A DNA stretch of 64,000 bases from Myxococcota bacterium (GTDB lineage Bacteria; Myxococcota_A; SURF-8; G963663525): assembly GCA_963676915.2 (NCBI GenBank), contig CAXXVK010000053.1, forward strand, positions 32,001-96,000. Direction: 5' to 3'. Position 1 is the first letter of the stretch. Every line of letters starts with the position of its first letter. The position numbers were made by a program, and so were the translations under genes. This document shows, piece by piece, positions 22,601-32,050 of the stretch. The notes under the pieces were generated by a model. The model was not told where the DNA came from and did no database searches. It was given only the letters and a program-made list of their open reading frames with translations.

Positions 22601-22778
22601 AATCCGGGACATCGATCCGAACCAGCGATTCCTTTTCGGAACGGGTAACGCGTTTCACGATGACGAAACATCCGATGAACTTCCCGACGCCAAGGTGTTG
22701 AGCAAACCGTACGATATCGAAGTCTTTGTGCGAACCATCCGAACAATTCTAGACGAAAAGGAAAACCAACCCGATTAA
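19611..22778 (+). CDS. Hybrid histidine kinase REC-GAF-PAS-PAS-PAS-HisKA-HATPase-REC
   Basis: N-terminal ILIVDDE...DIIMPG...KP; GIAHDFNN; [15 protein letters not shown]; C-terminal LFVDDE...SDMTMP...SKPY. Confidence 0.95.
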   Translation: MTNILIVDDEHGFRTTLSRFIEKEGHKAFVASESKEAFDTLATHEIDIIVSDIIMPGISGIELMKKVREFYPNIKIVLITGEPTLEGATDAVRNGAFDYLTKPVSREAFCKAINTAAKIKRLEDQNRHFQANLEKKVAERTEQLRRYQERLVTIAQDTREFIFCETPEELAVKVLLLFSKSMQAQGGSFYLAEEDHLELIHALDHGHQSSKLPLPLKRSSVLATIVKSCKPLIINDISTEETLEPSGWEGYHNGSLISFPCEDGNGKLWAVITLHDKIDPPFTQDDVELGRIIVSHTIEALRQIELKRDLSESERKYRFLVEGAHDVVFQVTPDGTMTYISPAVERFGGYKAEDVIGKNGFDFIYLDSHKEIAANVMLRAIEEKETYPLEVLYKPYEGNPFWVEIVGTPVFENGVPILIHSVMRDISDRKQLEEAYRSLAEESIQGLSIFQDNKVVYVNRTLTEFVGWSVEEAIGQPVEEFANKIHREDRGRVIRTHEALIEGKEKSSRVEYRIMHRDGSPRWIESFATRIIFKGRKALQITYYEITERKEAEENLSQLVAAIENADEEIVVTDLEGTIQFVNPAFERITGYSKEEAIGQNPRILNSGKHTPEFYQELWGTILAGNIWRGRFVNRRKDGNLITEESVISPIKNSKGITTGYVSIKRDISQQILLEEQFRQAQKMEALGTLAGGIAHDFNNLLSVILGNIQIVMMEDIDEDSQIYNDLDLVLQAAERAKDLVQQILAFSRRSKKERRAIEITSLIKETVKLLRATLPSTIEIHQDLRALGAKVLGDPTEIHQIIMNLSTNAAHAMEKSGGVLSIQLSRQTTKNKDNHSDGNNIELVVSDTGSGIDPAIIDRIFDPFFTTKAIGKGTGLGLAAVHGIVESLGGNIHVESEKDKGTEIRILFPMIEDPEVETVTRKTSLAAGHESVLFVDDEQSILHFGKKLLSRLGYKVTLAADGQEALRIYKERQEGFDLVISDMTMPILTGLELAKKIRDIDPNQRFLFGTGNAFHDDETSDELPDAKVLSKPYDIEVFVRTIRTILDEKENQPD

Positions 22779-22940
22779 CCCAACATCCCATTATTTCAAC
22801 AATCTCTCTTGACATTTTTAAAGAGATTGAGGTTGATATTCCTGTGAGTTTTCCATGAGTTGTTCCGCTGCCGTTGTTTTCGTTCGAATACAGCCATCAA
22901 TTGGACACTCACTGGTTTCCACCTTTATTTCGAGGCGATC

Positions 22941-23930
22941 ATGTCAAACGACAAACCGTTGGCCATCGTGGCTTTGGGAGGAAATACGATTCTGCGCCAG
23001 GGGGACCGGGGAACGGTCTACGAGCAATTCGCCCGAACCCGGCAGACGGTTGTGCAGGTAGGAAAACTGATCCGTCGGGGTTGGCGCATCGTCATCACCC
23101 ACGGTAACGGTCCACAGGTGGGCGACCGGCTTCAGCAGGTCGAATCGGCCATGCCACGTGTTCCCGAAACACCGTTGGGGATCATTGTCGCCGAAACACA
23201 AGGCTCTATGGGTTACATGATCGGCCAAACCCTGCAAAACTGGTTGCATCTGCAAAAACTTCCCACACAAGTCACCACGGTACTGACACAGGTTGTTGTC
23301 GATAAAGACGACCCCAATATGCTGGAGCCTACGAAGTTCATCGGCGACGGCTACGACGAACTGACCGCCAAACGCTTGATGAAATCCTTCGGCTGGCCGA
23401 TGAAAAAGCACAAAGCAAGAGGCTGGCGCCGAGTGGTTCCCTCCCCTGTGCCGCTTGAAATCGTCGAGCTGCCGATCCTGCGCACGTTATTGGAACAAGA
23501 CACCGTGGTGATCTGTTGCGGAGGCGGAGGCATGCCGGTGTATCGGGAAGACGACGGTCGATACGAAGGCATAGATGGCGTCGTGGACAAAGATCTGGCA
23601 TCGTCGCGACTGGCGACGGGGCTGGAAGCCGACGTGTTCATGATGCTGACCGAAGTGGATCACGTTGCCCTGGAGTTCGCCACCCCAAACGAAACGCCGA
23701 TCGACCGTATGACGGTTTCCGAGGCTCGTAAGTATATGGAAGAAGACCAGTTTCCTCCGGGAAGCATGGGACCGAAAATTCAGGGAGCCATCGATTTTCT
23801 GGAGGACGTTCCCAATGCGGCTACCCGGCGGGTCATCATCACCAACCCGGATATCGCACCGGAAGCTATCGAAGGTCGCGAGGGCACGTGGATCGTCCCC
23901 GACCGCAGCGAAATTCCCGGCTGGCGCTAA
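22941..23930 (+). CDS. arcC: Carbamate kinase
   Basis: ALGGN, THGNGPQVG, TQGSMGY, PTKFIG, GWRRVVPSP, CGGGGMPV, VVDKD, GSMGPK. Confidence 0.95.
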   Translation: MSNDKPLAIVALGGNTILRQGDRGTVYEQFARTRQTVVQVGKLIRRGWRIVITHGNGPQVGDRLQQVESAMPRVPETPLGIIVAETQGSMGYMIGQTLQNWLHLQKLPTQVTTVLTQVVVDKDDPNMLEPTKFIGDGYDELTAKRLMKSFGWPMKKHKARGWRRVVPSPVPLEIVELPILRTLLEQDTVVICCGGGGMPVYREDDGRYEGIDGVVDKDLASSRLATGLEADVFMMLTEVDHVALEFATPNETPIDRMTVSEARKYMEEDQFPPGSMGPKIQGAIDFLEDVPNAATRRVIITNPDIAPEAIEGREGTWIVPDRSEIPGWR

Positions 23931-23948
23931 TAATTTCGAATCAATCGA

Positions 23949-24962
23949 TCAGGCGCTTTTCCAGCCTTTTTTCGGGGGTTTGACGTAGCCGTTGAGCTTG
24001 AACCAGTTGACGGTATCCGCCAGTGTTTCTTCCAGCGGTCGTGAGGTGTAGTTTAAATCCCGACGCGCTTTGCCATCGTCCACATGCTGGCAAAAATCCA
24101 TGGCGTCCAACCGACTACGCAAAATATTTGCGTCGTCTTTTTTGCGGAGTTTGACGAGGAACTCGTTGAAATCCGCGAACTTTTTCGCCAGTCCGAATGA
24201 CACTTTGACCTTGGGTGGTTTGGCCGCCAGCCTGTGAGATAACTGTTCGATGACATGTTGCCATGTCGTGTTTTCTCCACCCAGAATGTAGCGTTCGCCG
24301 GTTTTTCCTTTTTCCAACGCCAAACGAACACCCTGGGCGACGTCTCGAGCGTCTACGAGGTTCGCCGGACCTTTCACGCCGACAAACAGCTTTCGTCCAC
24401 CAACCACCTGAAGCAAACGACCGGAATTGGGACCGACATCGCCCGGACCGAAGGTTGCAGTAGGCACCACGGCAAGAACGTCCATCCCTTTGTGACGCAA
24501 TTCGAGGATTTCCTCTTCCATCGCCATTTTCGACCGCACAAAGCCGGATTTCTCGCCATCCGCCGGAAAAGACGCCGACTCGTCGGCAAGCCCGTCGCCT
24601 GTGGGAAAACCAAGAGTGGCAAAACAGGAAACGTAAAGAATCCGTTTGATTTTCGTAACTTGCGCCGCTTGAATCATGTTGCGGGTTTCACGCAAGGCTT
24701 GTTGTTCGTCGTGTTTGGGATCTTTGAACAACGCCTGATACCCGGCACAATGCACCACGGCATCAAACCCTTTCATCGCCGCCAGCAAAGCGGGATGGTC
24801 GTCCAGGTCACCCGGCATGAACTCGATAGGAATATCCCGCAATCCCGCCAGATTGCTTCCCTGACGGTCAAAAGCCCGAACCTCGTAGCCCCGTCCGTGG
24901 AGTTCACGGACCACATGCGCGCCGATCAGTCCCGCTGCGCCGAGCACCAGTATTTTTGCCAT
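23949..24962 (-). CDS. NAD-dependent epimerase/dehydratase (HpnA/dihydroflavonol reductase-like)
   Basis: GAAGLIG Rossmann motif, HCAG, FGPGD, VDARDVA, GERYILGG. The catalytic YxxxK appears as FVRSK. Confidence 0.85.
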   Translation of the reverse strand: MAKILVLGAAGLIGAHVVRELHGRGYEVRAFDRQGSNLAGLRDIPIEFMPGDLDDHPALLAAMKGFDAVVHCAGYQALFKDPKHDEQQALRETRNMIQAAQVTKIKRILYVSCFATLGFPTGDGLADESASFPADGEKSGFVRSKMAMEEEILELRHKGMDVLAVVPTATFGPGDVGPNSGRLLQVVGGRKLFVGVKGPANLVDARDVAQGVRLALEKGKTGERYILGGENTTWQHVIEQLSHRLAAKPPKVKVSFGLAKKFADFNEFLVKLRKKDDANILRSRLDAMDFCQHVDDGKARRDLNYTSRPLEETLADTVNWFKLNGYVKPPKKGWKSA

Positions 24963-24964
24963 GG

Positions 24965-25855
24965 TCAGACCTTTTTCGATTCTTTCACTTCGGCTTCGAG
25001 GCGCGAAATGAATTGCTTGGCGGTTTCTTCCGATTCGTGCTGCGTCACTTCGAAATGAATCGAAACGTTCAGGTTCTTGTCTGTAAAGGAATGTTTTTCA
25101 GCCTTTTCCTTCAGCTTTTTCGCCACGTTCTCTGCATCGTTTGCGGTGCAATTGGCCAGCAGAAACAGGAAATGATCCGCTTCCAGCCGTCCGAGGCAAT
25201 CGGTCATTCTCATGTTGTCGGCCAGCAAACGTCCCATTTCCAACAACAGTTGATCGCCGGTTTCATGCCCGTGCTCGGCATTGACACGACTGAATCCGGC
25301 GATATCGAACAGTACCGCACTCAACGGTTCTTTCGTACGGGACTCTCTACGAATCTCCTGTTCTGTCAATAAAAACAGGTGGTTACGATTGGCGACTCCA
25401 GTCAATTCGTCGCTGATGCTCAGTTCCTGAATACGGCGATGCGCTTTTTCCAATGAATCGATGTACTTGGCTTCCCGGAAAACTTCCACCGCGCCGAGCA
25501 CTTTGTCACCTTCGAAAATCGGGTCGATCGTCGCATTGACCGGCAAAGCATACCCGGCCTTGTGCAGGGCATGAAGCTGGAAGTTCTGGGACCGACCGTT
25601 GTCGAGCACCAGACGCAAGGGATTGAGCAAACCCGACAGCGTTTCACCTGTGCCGTCCACATGATCGGCGACTTCTCCCATACGGCTGCCTAGCACTTCC
25701 TTTTCGGTAAAACCGGTCAATCCCGTAGCCGCACGGTTCCAGAAGAGAATGCGTTGCTCTGCATCCACAACGAACACGCCGTCGGAAAACGTTTCCAGCA
25801 ACGTAGCGACAAAGTCAGGATTTTTCAGCTTTTCACTCAGTGCGGACTCGGCCAT
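24965..25855 (-). CDS. PAS plus degenerate GGDEF domain protein
   Basis: PAS (DGVFVVD..ILFWNRAA), DELTGVANR, VN..HGHETGD, RMTD, and active site read as LGRLEADHF. Confidence 0.88.
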   Translation of the reverse strand: MAESALSEKLKNPDFVATLLETFSDGVFVVDAEQRILFWNRAATGLTGFTEKEVLGSRMGEVADHVDGTGETLSGLLNPLRLVLDNGRSQNFQLHALHKAGYALPVNATIDPIFEGDKVLGAVEVFREAKYIDSLEKAHRRIQELSISDELTGVANRNHLFLLTEQEIRRESRTKEPLSAVLFDIAGFSRVNAEHGHETGDQLLLEMGRLLADNMRMTDCLGRLEADHFLFLLANCTANDAENVAKKLKEKAEKHSFTDKNLNVSIHFEVTQHESEETAKQFISRLEAEVKESKKV

Positions 25856-26172
25856 GGCAAACCTCTTTACCCGGTGCAAATCTACCCGAAAACGTTCTAA
25901 ATTGTTGAATTTCGAGTCTATGCACCTGTTTGGATCGTCAACCTAATGTTATTCTTTTTTACAGAAAAATCACGTGGATATCAACAATATTTTCATTATT
26001 GCCAAAAGGTAGAATACCCCCAAAATATAACCAATTTGAAATTCTGAAGTCTTTCCCTCCATTCACACGGTTCCCCACCGATTTTTCAATATCCTGAACT
26101 TGACATTCTCAAGCAAAGCCCTACGATGAACGAAACGTTACGACCATTATTCATACGATTGGGAGAAGCAGC

Positions 26173-27381
26173 ATGAACCGTTTTGCAACGGCTTTGGGGA
26201 GTTTGACGCTTTTGATTCTGGGACTGTGCGCCGCCTGTACTGACGGTCAACCGGTTACGTTTGCCGGTGAAGATCAAGGCTCCGCCCACATCACCGTTTT
26301 CGTGGTTCAAGATACCGAAGTTGATAGCGTAACCAAGCGCTTCGATCCGCGCCTTAAAGGCGAATACGAATGGCGTTTGCTGCGATTGCCACGAGAAATC
26401 ACTCGGCTGGAAGTCGAGGTTCAGCCCGCGAATATCGTGCGCGATATTTCCGAAGTAAGGACGGGACAATTCGAGGGAACACTCGTGCTGCCCATTGGAA
26501 ACCAAACCTTCACCGCTCGTGCATTCACCGGAGGAGAAAGCGACGAAGTTCAGATCGGCGAAGGCTCGGCCCAGGTCGCCATCGAAACCGGCGTCACCGC
26601 CGAAGTTCAGATTACCGTGTACGACTCGACGGGATCCGTCGATCCACCCGTGCATGCTCCGGTCATCACGCTGCTTTCGGCCTCCAAAGTCGATCCGGTC
26701 ATCGACGAAGAAATCACTCTGGAAGTGACGGCGATAGATCCTGACGACGACGAGTTGACGTATTCCTGGAGCGACGATTGCGACGGAACGTTCGGCACTG
26801 CGGATCAAGCCCAGACCACGTGGTCGAACAGTCAAAGCATCGCCTGTACGATCACGGTTGCGGTGTCGGATGGCGAGTTCGAAGTGGAAGGAGATCTGGA
26901 CCTTACCGTGTATGAACCCAACAATCCCCAGGGAACCGCCGATGTCGCCGTGAAATACCAAGCCAATCCATATATATCTTCTCTTGGCTTAGGGGATCGA
27001 TGCCAGTTTGGATGGTCTCCGGACTACTTGATGTGCATGATTTCGGAAGAACCTGGACTTCCTCCTCAATACGCATATGGTGCAATTTGCCGCCAGTTCC
27101 AGGATGCGACCTGCTCAGAAAATGTAGACCCGGAAACCCAGTATTACGTTCAATTCGCAACGGAATATCTTAACACTGACGCTGAAGAAGATTCCGTTAC
27201 CTGGACCCTAACGGATGACTGCGGCGGAACATCCTCCCTATATTACTCTACGTTGGCTTACGGCTCGGTGACGTTTAATTGGACGACTCCAAGCGATCCC
27301 GGCCTTTGCATGTTGACTGCAACAGTGGAACAATTCGGACTGACCGACAGCGTGGATGTCGCCGTTCTCGTCGTGGAATAA
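26173..27381 (+). CDS. Lipoprotein with Ig-like/PKD-like domains
   Basis: Lipobox CAAC; HAPVI...AIDPDDDELTYSW..C.G.F...W motif, echoed at the C-terminus. Confidence 0.75.
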   Translation: MNRFATALGSLTLLILGLCAACTDGQPVTFAGEDQGSAHITVFVVQDTEVDSVTKRFDPRLKGEYEWRLLRLPREITRLEVEVQPANIVRDISEVRTGQFEGTLVLPIGNQTFTARAFTGGESDEVQIGEGSAQVAIETGVTAEVQITVYDSTGSVDPPVHAPVITLLSASKVDPVIDEEITLEVTAIDPDDDELTYSWSDDCDGTFGTADQAQTTWSNSQSIACTITVAVSDGEFEVEGDLDLTVYEPNNPQGTADVAVKYQANPYISSLGLGDRCQFGWSPDYLMCMISEEPGLPPQYAYGAICRQFQDATCSENVDPETQYYVQFATEYLNTDAEEDSVTWTLTDDCGGTSSLYYSTLAYGSVTFNWTTPSDPGLCMLTATVEQFGLTDSVDVAVLVVE

Positions 27382-27407
27382 CGTCGGTTTTTTATTCGTT
27401 CAATCCC

Positions 27408-27483
27408 AAAAAGTGTCGGGTGATTTTCACCCGACACTTTTTGAAAACGATGCTTTTTGTCGGGTGAAAACCACCCGACCTAC
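27408..27483. repeat. Two related palindromic REP-like units; the first may act as a bidirectional terminator
   Basis: AAAAAGTGTCGGGTGA-TTT-TCACCCGACACTTTTT and TGTCGGGTGAAAACCACCCGACCTAC (reverse complement begins GTAGGTCGGG). Confidence 0.7.
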
Positions 27484-27613
27484 CCAACGAATCCATGTTT
27501 TCCTGAAAGACAGCGATTTTTCTCTACATTTCCATTCATACCCTATTCGTCCGGGTGCATCACAAAATGGTGCGAATTGGCCCAATACTACTGAAGCATT
27601 CATTCATTTGGTT

Positions 27614-27708
27614 GTAGCGGCGAGGCGTAAGCCCGCCGAAAAGGGAGATTGGGGGTATAAAAGCAACCTTCAAAAGGTAAAAACGGCGGGCTTACGCCTC
27701 GCCGCTAC
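27614..27708. repeat. GTAG-type REP doublet (REPIN-like)
   Basis: GTAGCGGCGAGGCGTAAGCCCGCCG at 27614-27638 and its exact reverse complement at 27684-27708, separated by 45 nt. Confidence 0.8.
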
Positions 27709-27754
27709 GAAAAAAAGAGGATTTTACGAAAGTTGCTATATTTTGTGATGCACC

Positions 27755-28003
27755 CTATTCGTCCCCAACCAGCAGATTTTCCTTGGCTTTTCGGCTAAGT
27801 CGTTTCATGGCCCATTCCCGTTTTCGGGCTTGCGAGGCTGTGGAAAAATCCTCGTGGTACACGAGTTCGACAGGACGCCGCGAACGGGTGTATTTCGCGC
27901 CGCGACCGCTGTTGTGACAAGCTAAACGGCGGTCCAGATCGTCGGTCCAACCGATGTAGAAACTACCGTCCGAACAACGAAGCATGTAGGTGTGGTATCC
28001 CAA
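27755..28003 (-). CDS. GIY-YIG nuclease family protein (UPF0213/YhbQ-like)
   Basis: YMLRCSDGSFYIGWTDDLDRRL..HNSGRGAKYTR..RPV.LVY.E...A..RE...K. Confidence 0.92.
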   Translation of the reverse strand: MGYHTYMLRCSDGSFYIGWTDDLDRRLACHNSGRGAKYTRSRRPVELVYHEDFSTASQARKREWAMKRLSRKAKENLLVGDE

Positions 28004-28009
28004 AACGTT

Positions 28010-28912
28010 TTATGGCGTCACAGCGGGAGTTTGGGCTTTTTTGCGCTCTTTTTCGAGGGCGGCGGTCAACAAACGAACACGATAACGGAACGTCGAGCGC
28101 CAGGGATTGTGAATTTCCTCGTCAGCGACCTTTTTGTAATGCTCCAAGGCTCGTTTCATATCGCCGCCTTCCTCCATGGCGAGTCCAACCAGCAATTGCG
28201 CGTGATTGGCTTCACGAGGACGAGGTTCCATCCGCGTGATGGCCAGCAGGTCGCTTTCGGCTCGAGCGTAATCCTTCAAAGCATGATATGCTTGCCCTCG
28301 GTGATAGTACAATTTAGGAAGATACTCAGGATTCGCATAATATTTTAATGAAATATCAAACTCTTGTACCGCCGATTTCATACCACCGATTTTGAAATGG
28401 CGAAGACCTTCCTTAAAATGTTCCTCTGCCAGTTTCCGTTTGAGTTCCTCGATTTTCAGCGTCAACAGCTTGTAACTGGAGCGTGACGTTTCTGCCTGAT
28501 CCAGTTTTTCGAACTCTTTAACCGCCAGGGCGTTGCGTTCTTCCTGAATCAGCTTGAGAATCTGCATCGCCTTCAGATCGGCGCTGTCTCGTTTCTCGAT
28601 CAACAGTTCCAAGTCTCGGATCTGTTCGGCATCGAGGGCGATTTTCTCTTCCAGTACGGTGATTTTGTCTTCCAAGAATCCCGCCCGAACTTCGCTCAAC
28701 ACCACACCGGCGGCGATCAGTACGGTGGACAGCAACACCATCGAAGCCACGGTAAAATATCGGTACGACGAACGCAACTGCTCGTGAACCTGCGCCACGC
28801 GCTTGAGTTCCCCGATGGTCGAGCGAAGCTGATTTTCCATGCGAACAATCGCGTTGCGGTTGTCCAGACTTTCCCGTTTGATGAGGGTTAAATCCCTGCG
28901 CCAGTCGTCCAC
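28010..28912 (-). CDS. Membrane-anchored coiled-coil/TPR protein (CpoB/YbgF-like C-terminus)
   Basis: GTG start after GGAGAGG; coiled coil, one TM, then TPRs (AEEHFKEGL, LYYHRGQAY, AQLLVGLAM). Confidence 0.7.
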   Translation of the reverse strand: MDDWRRDLTLIKRESLDNRNAIVRMENQLRSTIGELKRVAQVHEQLRSSYRYFTVASMVLLSTVLIAAGVVLSEVRAGFLEDKITVLEEKIALDAEQIRDLELLIEKRDSADLKAMQILKLIQEERNALAVKEFEKLDQAETSRSSYKLLTLKIEELKRKLAEEHFKEGLRHFKIGGMKSAVQEFDISLKYYANPEYLPKLYYHRGQAYHALKDYARAESDLLAITRMEPRPREANHAQLLVGLAMEEGGDMKRALEHYKKVADEEIHNPWRSTFRYRVRLLTAALEKERKKAQTPAVTP

Positions 28913-29199
28913 GCGCCTCTCCCCGTTGATGGATCTCGGAACAGTTTGTATCTGCTCCGTTTTTTGCCAGTTCTTCGAATGTACCCTACCGCCGCTTCCA
29001 TTCCAGCACAAGATCGGAATACGCTTTTTTTAACGGGTGCTCCATTTTTTCCTCATAAGGATCACGCCACCGTGTCCCAACGAAGAACTTATGGTACCCG
29101 GTCTTGTATTTGCCGTTTTTATGGTTACAATTTGTGAAACAACTCATGCCATTTCAAACGCTTACGTCTTTTCTTCGAAGACTTATTGTGAGGAATACC

Positions 29200-30810
29200 A
29201 TGCCTACCGACAAACAACGAAAAATCAACCGATCCCCCGCCATCGACATCAACGACGCTCAATGGTCCCAGTACGAAGACCTCGGACTGCAACCCTTCGC
29301 CGCCGACGACATCCGCCGCACCATCGCCGCCATGGTGGAGCACGCCGGATGCTTTCTCCCCGAAGACTTTTTCCGCGCCCTGCGCTTCGGTCTGGACCGG
29401 GAAGTCAGCGAGAGCGGAAAAGGCATATACCGACTGTTGCTGAAAAACGCCATTGCCGCCGCCGAAGCCCGACGTCCCGCTTGCCAAGACACCGGCCAGG
29501 CCGTGGTTTTCGCCGATATCGGTCAGGATGCTCGCATCGTCGGTGGAGATTTGGAACAGGCCGTCAACGAGGGCGTTGTGGAGGGGTACGGATCTTTCCG
29601 AGGCAGCGTGGTCAAAGATGCGCTGTTCGACCGAAAAAACACCGGAGACAACAGCCCGGCCATTCTCCATACTCGAATCGTCCCCGGTAACGACATTGTG
29701 TTGCACGTCGCAGAAAAGGGCTACGGCAGCGAAAACAAAAGCTTCATGACCATGTATCCCTACCCGCAAGGCGGACAGGAAGCCGTCGTAAAATACGTTC
29801 TGGAAAACGTGGAAAAAGCCGGGGCCGACTGGTGCCCGCCCGGAGTGATCAGCGTTGCCGTCGGTGGTAATTTCGAGGAAGCGCCGTTGATGGCTAAACG
29901 AGCGCTTTTGGAGCCGTTCGATATGGACCTGCTGCTCGAAAGAGCCAAATCGAACCCCGAATCTTTAACAGACAACGACAAGTTGCGCATCCGGCTGTTC
30001 GAGGAAATCAACGCCATCGGCATCGGTCCCCAGGGGCTGGGCGGCGTTACTACCGTCCTGGATGTCAAACTTCAAACCGCACCGACCCACATCGCTGGGA
30101 TGCCCATTGCCGTGAATGTCCAGTGTAACAAGGCACATCATATCAGTATTCGACTGGACGGCTCCGGCCCCGTGCTTGATATGCCCAAAGCGGATTTCGC
30201 GCTTTACGCCGCAGGATTGGACGAGGATAGCGGCCCGATGCGCCGGGTGAACGTTCCCATGGACGAAGAAACTCGACGTTCTTTGCGAGCCGGTGAACGG
30301 CTCCTGCTCAACGGTCGGATTCTCACCGGACGAGACGCAGCGCACAAACGATTGATCGACACATTGGACCGGGGCGAGAAACTTCCCGTCGATCTCACCG
30401 GTCATTTCATTTATTTCGTCGGCCCGATCGATCCCCAGCCGGGTGAAGTGGTCGGTCCCGCCGGACCTACCACCTCCAGCCGGATGGACCCCTACACGCC
30501 GCGACTGCTTCGCGAAGCGGGTCTGGCCGGTTCCATCGGAAAAAGCGAGCGAGGTCAAGTGGTTGTGGATGCCATGAAGGAAACGGGCACCGTCTACATG
30601 ATCGCTACCGGCGGCGCCGGCTACCTGCAATCGCGCACCATCAAAGGCGTCGAAATCCTGGCTTACGAGGATCTCGGCACCGAAGCGATTCGGGCTTTCG
30701 ATGTCGAAGACTTCCCGGTGGTCGTCGCGGCGGATTCCACAGGAGAAAACCTGCACCGGACCGGACGAGAAAAATACGGCAAAATCAAGAAAGAAGGCAT
30801 CACTTTCTGA
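29200..30810 (+). CDS. Class I Fe-S fumarate hydratase (fused alpha/beta)
   Basis: CQDTG, GSENKS, WCPPG, GPQGLGG, HIA..P.AVN.QC, TGRDAAHKR, GPTTSSRM, DLGTEAI. Confidence 0.92.
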   Translation: MPTDKQRKINRSPAIDINDAQWSQYEDLGLQPFAADDIRRTIAAMVEHAGCFLPEDFFRALRFGLDREVSESGKGIYRLLLKNAIAAAEARRPACQDTGQAVVFADIGQDARIVGGDLEQAVNEGVVEGYGSFRGSVVKDALFDRKNTGDNSPAILHTRIVPGNDIVLHVAEKGYGSENKSFMTMYPYPQGGQEAVVKYVLENVEKAGADWCPPGVISVAVGGNFEEAPLMAKRALLEPFDMDLLLERAKSNPESLTDNDKLRIRLFEEINAIGIGPQGLGGVTTVLDVKLQTAPTHIAGMPIAVNVQCNKAHHISIRLDGSGPVLDMPKADFALYAAGLDEDSGPMRRVNVPMDEETRRSLRAGERLLLNGRILTGRDAAHKRLIDTLDRGEKLPVDLTGHFIYFVGPIDPQPGEVVGPAGPTTSSRMDPYTPRLLREAGLAGSIGKSERGQVVVDAMKETGTVYMIATGGAGYLQSRTIKGVEILAYEDLGTEAIRAFDVEDFPVVVAADSTGENLHRTGREKYGKIKKEGITF

Positions 30811-31041
30811 TTTGTTTGCATCATCCGTTTGATTTCCAATGGATGATGCAACATTTTTAATCTTTTTTCGGAATACAGTCTCTCCGAACGTTGTTTTCGG
30901 AAAAATGGAGAGACTGAATTCAGCGGCTCGTCCAGCGCTGGGAATTCACAAGCGACTTGTTGCGAAAACAGGGATCGGTTGTATACTGTTTTGACTCGAA
31001 AGGAATTTCCAAAGGAGTGAATGAAAAAAGGGGAGGCGTCA

Positions 31042-31983
31042 ATGACTCGCACCGGCAAAATCATCGCATTGGTCGTGTTGCTGATTTCCTTCGGCACCTA
31101 CTACGGTTCGAGACAGCGGGTTCTCGACATTCACGAATCCTCCATGGAATCCAGAGAAGTCCTGTTTCTCCCGGCATTGGATCTCGTCAAAGTCATGTCA
31201 CTGGGTTATGAAGTCTTTCTCTCCGAACTTTTCATGGTTCATTCTCAATATTACATGTTCGATAAAGTCGGGAAATACGACGAAATCACCCGCGAAAACT
31301 TAACACAGCTTCTATGGATCGCGGCCACGCTTGACCCGAAGCAAATAAATGTTTACCAGTTTGCCGCCTTCGCACTTCCTGCGGCTTTTGGAACGTGGGG
31401 TATTTCCAACGCGGTGGAACTGTTGGAATACGGTACCCGAGAAAACCCTGACAATTCACGCATTCCCGAACTCCTGGGCTTCGTGTACCTGCTCAACGGC
31501 GGAGCACCCGAATACGTTGCCAAATGGTTTCGTGAAGCTCTTGCCCGCCCGGACCCCAACCCGAGCATCATCTGGCTACTCGAACGAACCATCAAGCCAT
31601 CCCCCTGCGATGCAGAAATGCAATACCGCACGTTCGAACGCTCGTATCAGCTATCCACGGATGGAGAAAACAAAAACGAGTTGAAAAAAAAGGCAGATCA
31701 ATACGCCAAAATAGCCATGTTGCAAAAAACTTGGACCAATTTCAAACAACACAAAGGACCAGAGGCCGATTTCAAAGTGCTGCTCAATCTGCTGCGTCAA
31801 AAAGGAAATCTGCCGAAAGATCCCTATGGGGGAGAGTATCTTCTTTCCAAAGAAGGCTGCGTCACCTCTTCCTCGGTCATCGAATTCCAATCCGGTCCAT
31901 CGTTGCTGGAACACGTCCAGAAAGACTGGAGAAAGTACGAACCTGGTCGTGAAGAAGATGTCAATTTCAGCGAGGAACCTTGA
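31042..31983 (+). CDS. PilG-like (Myxococcus/Geobacter pilGHI-type) membrane-anchored accessory protein
   Basis: N-terminal TM, SLGY...LDP...Y...LLEYG...NPD helical repeats and PKDPYGGEY; sits upstream of an ABC ATPase and permease. Confidence 0.6.
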   Translation: MTRTGKIIALVVLLISFGTYYGSRQRVLDIHESSMESREVLFLPALDLVKVMSLGYEVFLSELFMVHSQYYMFDKVGKYDEITRENLTQLLWIAATLDPKQINVYQFAAFALPAAFGTWGISNAVELLEYGTRENPDNSRIPELLGFVYLLNGGAPEYVAKWFREALARPDPNPSIIWLLERTIKPSPCDAEMQYRTFERSYQLSTDGENKNELKKKADQYAKIAMLQKTWTNFKQHKGPEADFKVLLNLLRQKGNLPKDPYGGEYLLSKEGCVTSSSVIEFQSGPSLLEHVQKDWRKYEPGREEDVNFSEEP

Positions 31984-32050
31984 ATTCACAAATTGAACGA
32001 AAACTTTCTGCCGAAATGTGTTGGATAAATCGAGCGGAAGGAGGCGGAAC

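Noticed and set aside
27400-27710. Repeats as a CRISPR array or IS ends
   Set aside because: They are inverted rather than regularly spaced direct repeats, and no cas or transposase gene is in the window.
28986-29045. 19-aa minus-strand mini-ORF (MEHPLKKAYSDLVLEWKRR) upstream of the TPR gene
   Set aside because: It is too short to support and shows no leader-peptide composition or attenuator structure.
29131-29149. TTGTGAAACAACTCATG upstream of the fumarase as a Rex or CRP/FNR site
   Set aside because: Only one half-site matches well, which is insufficient without comparative data.
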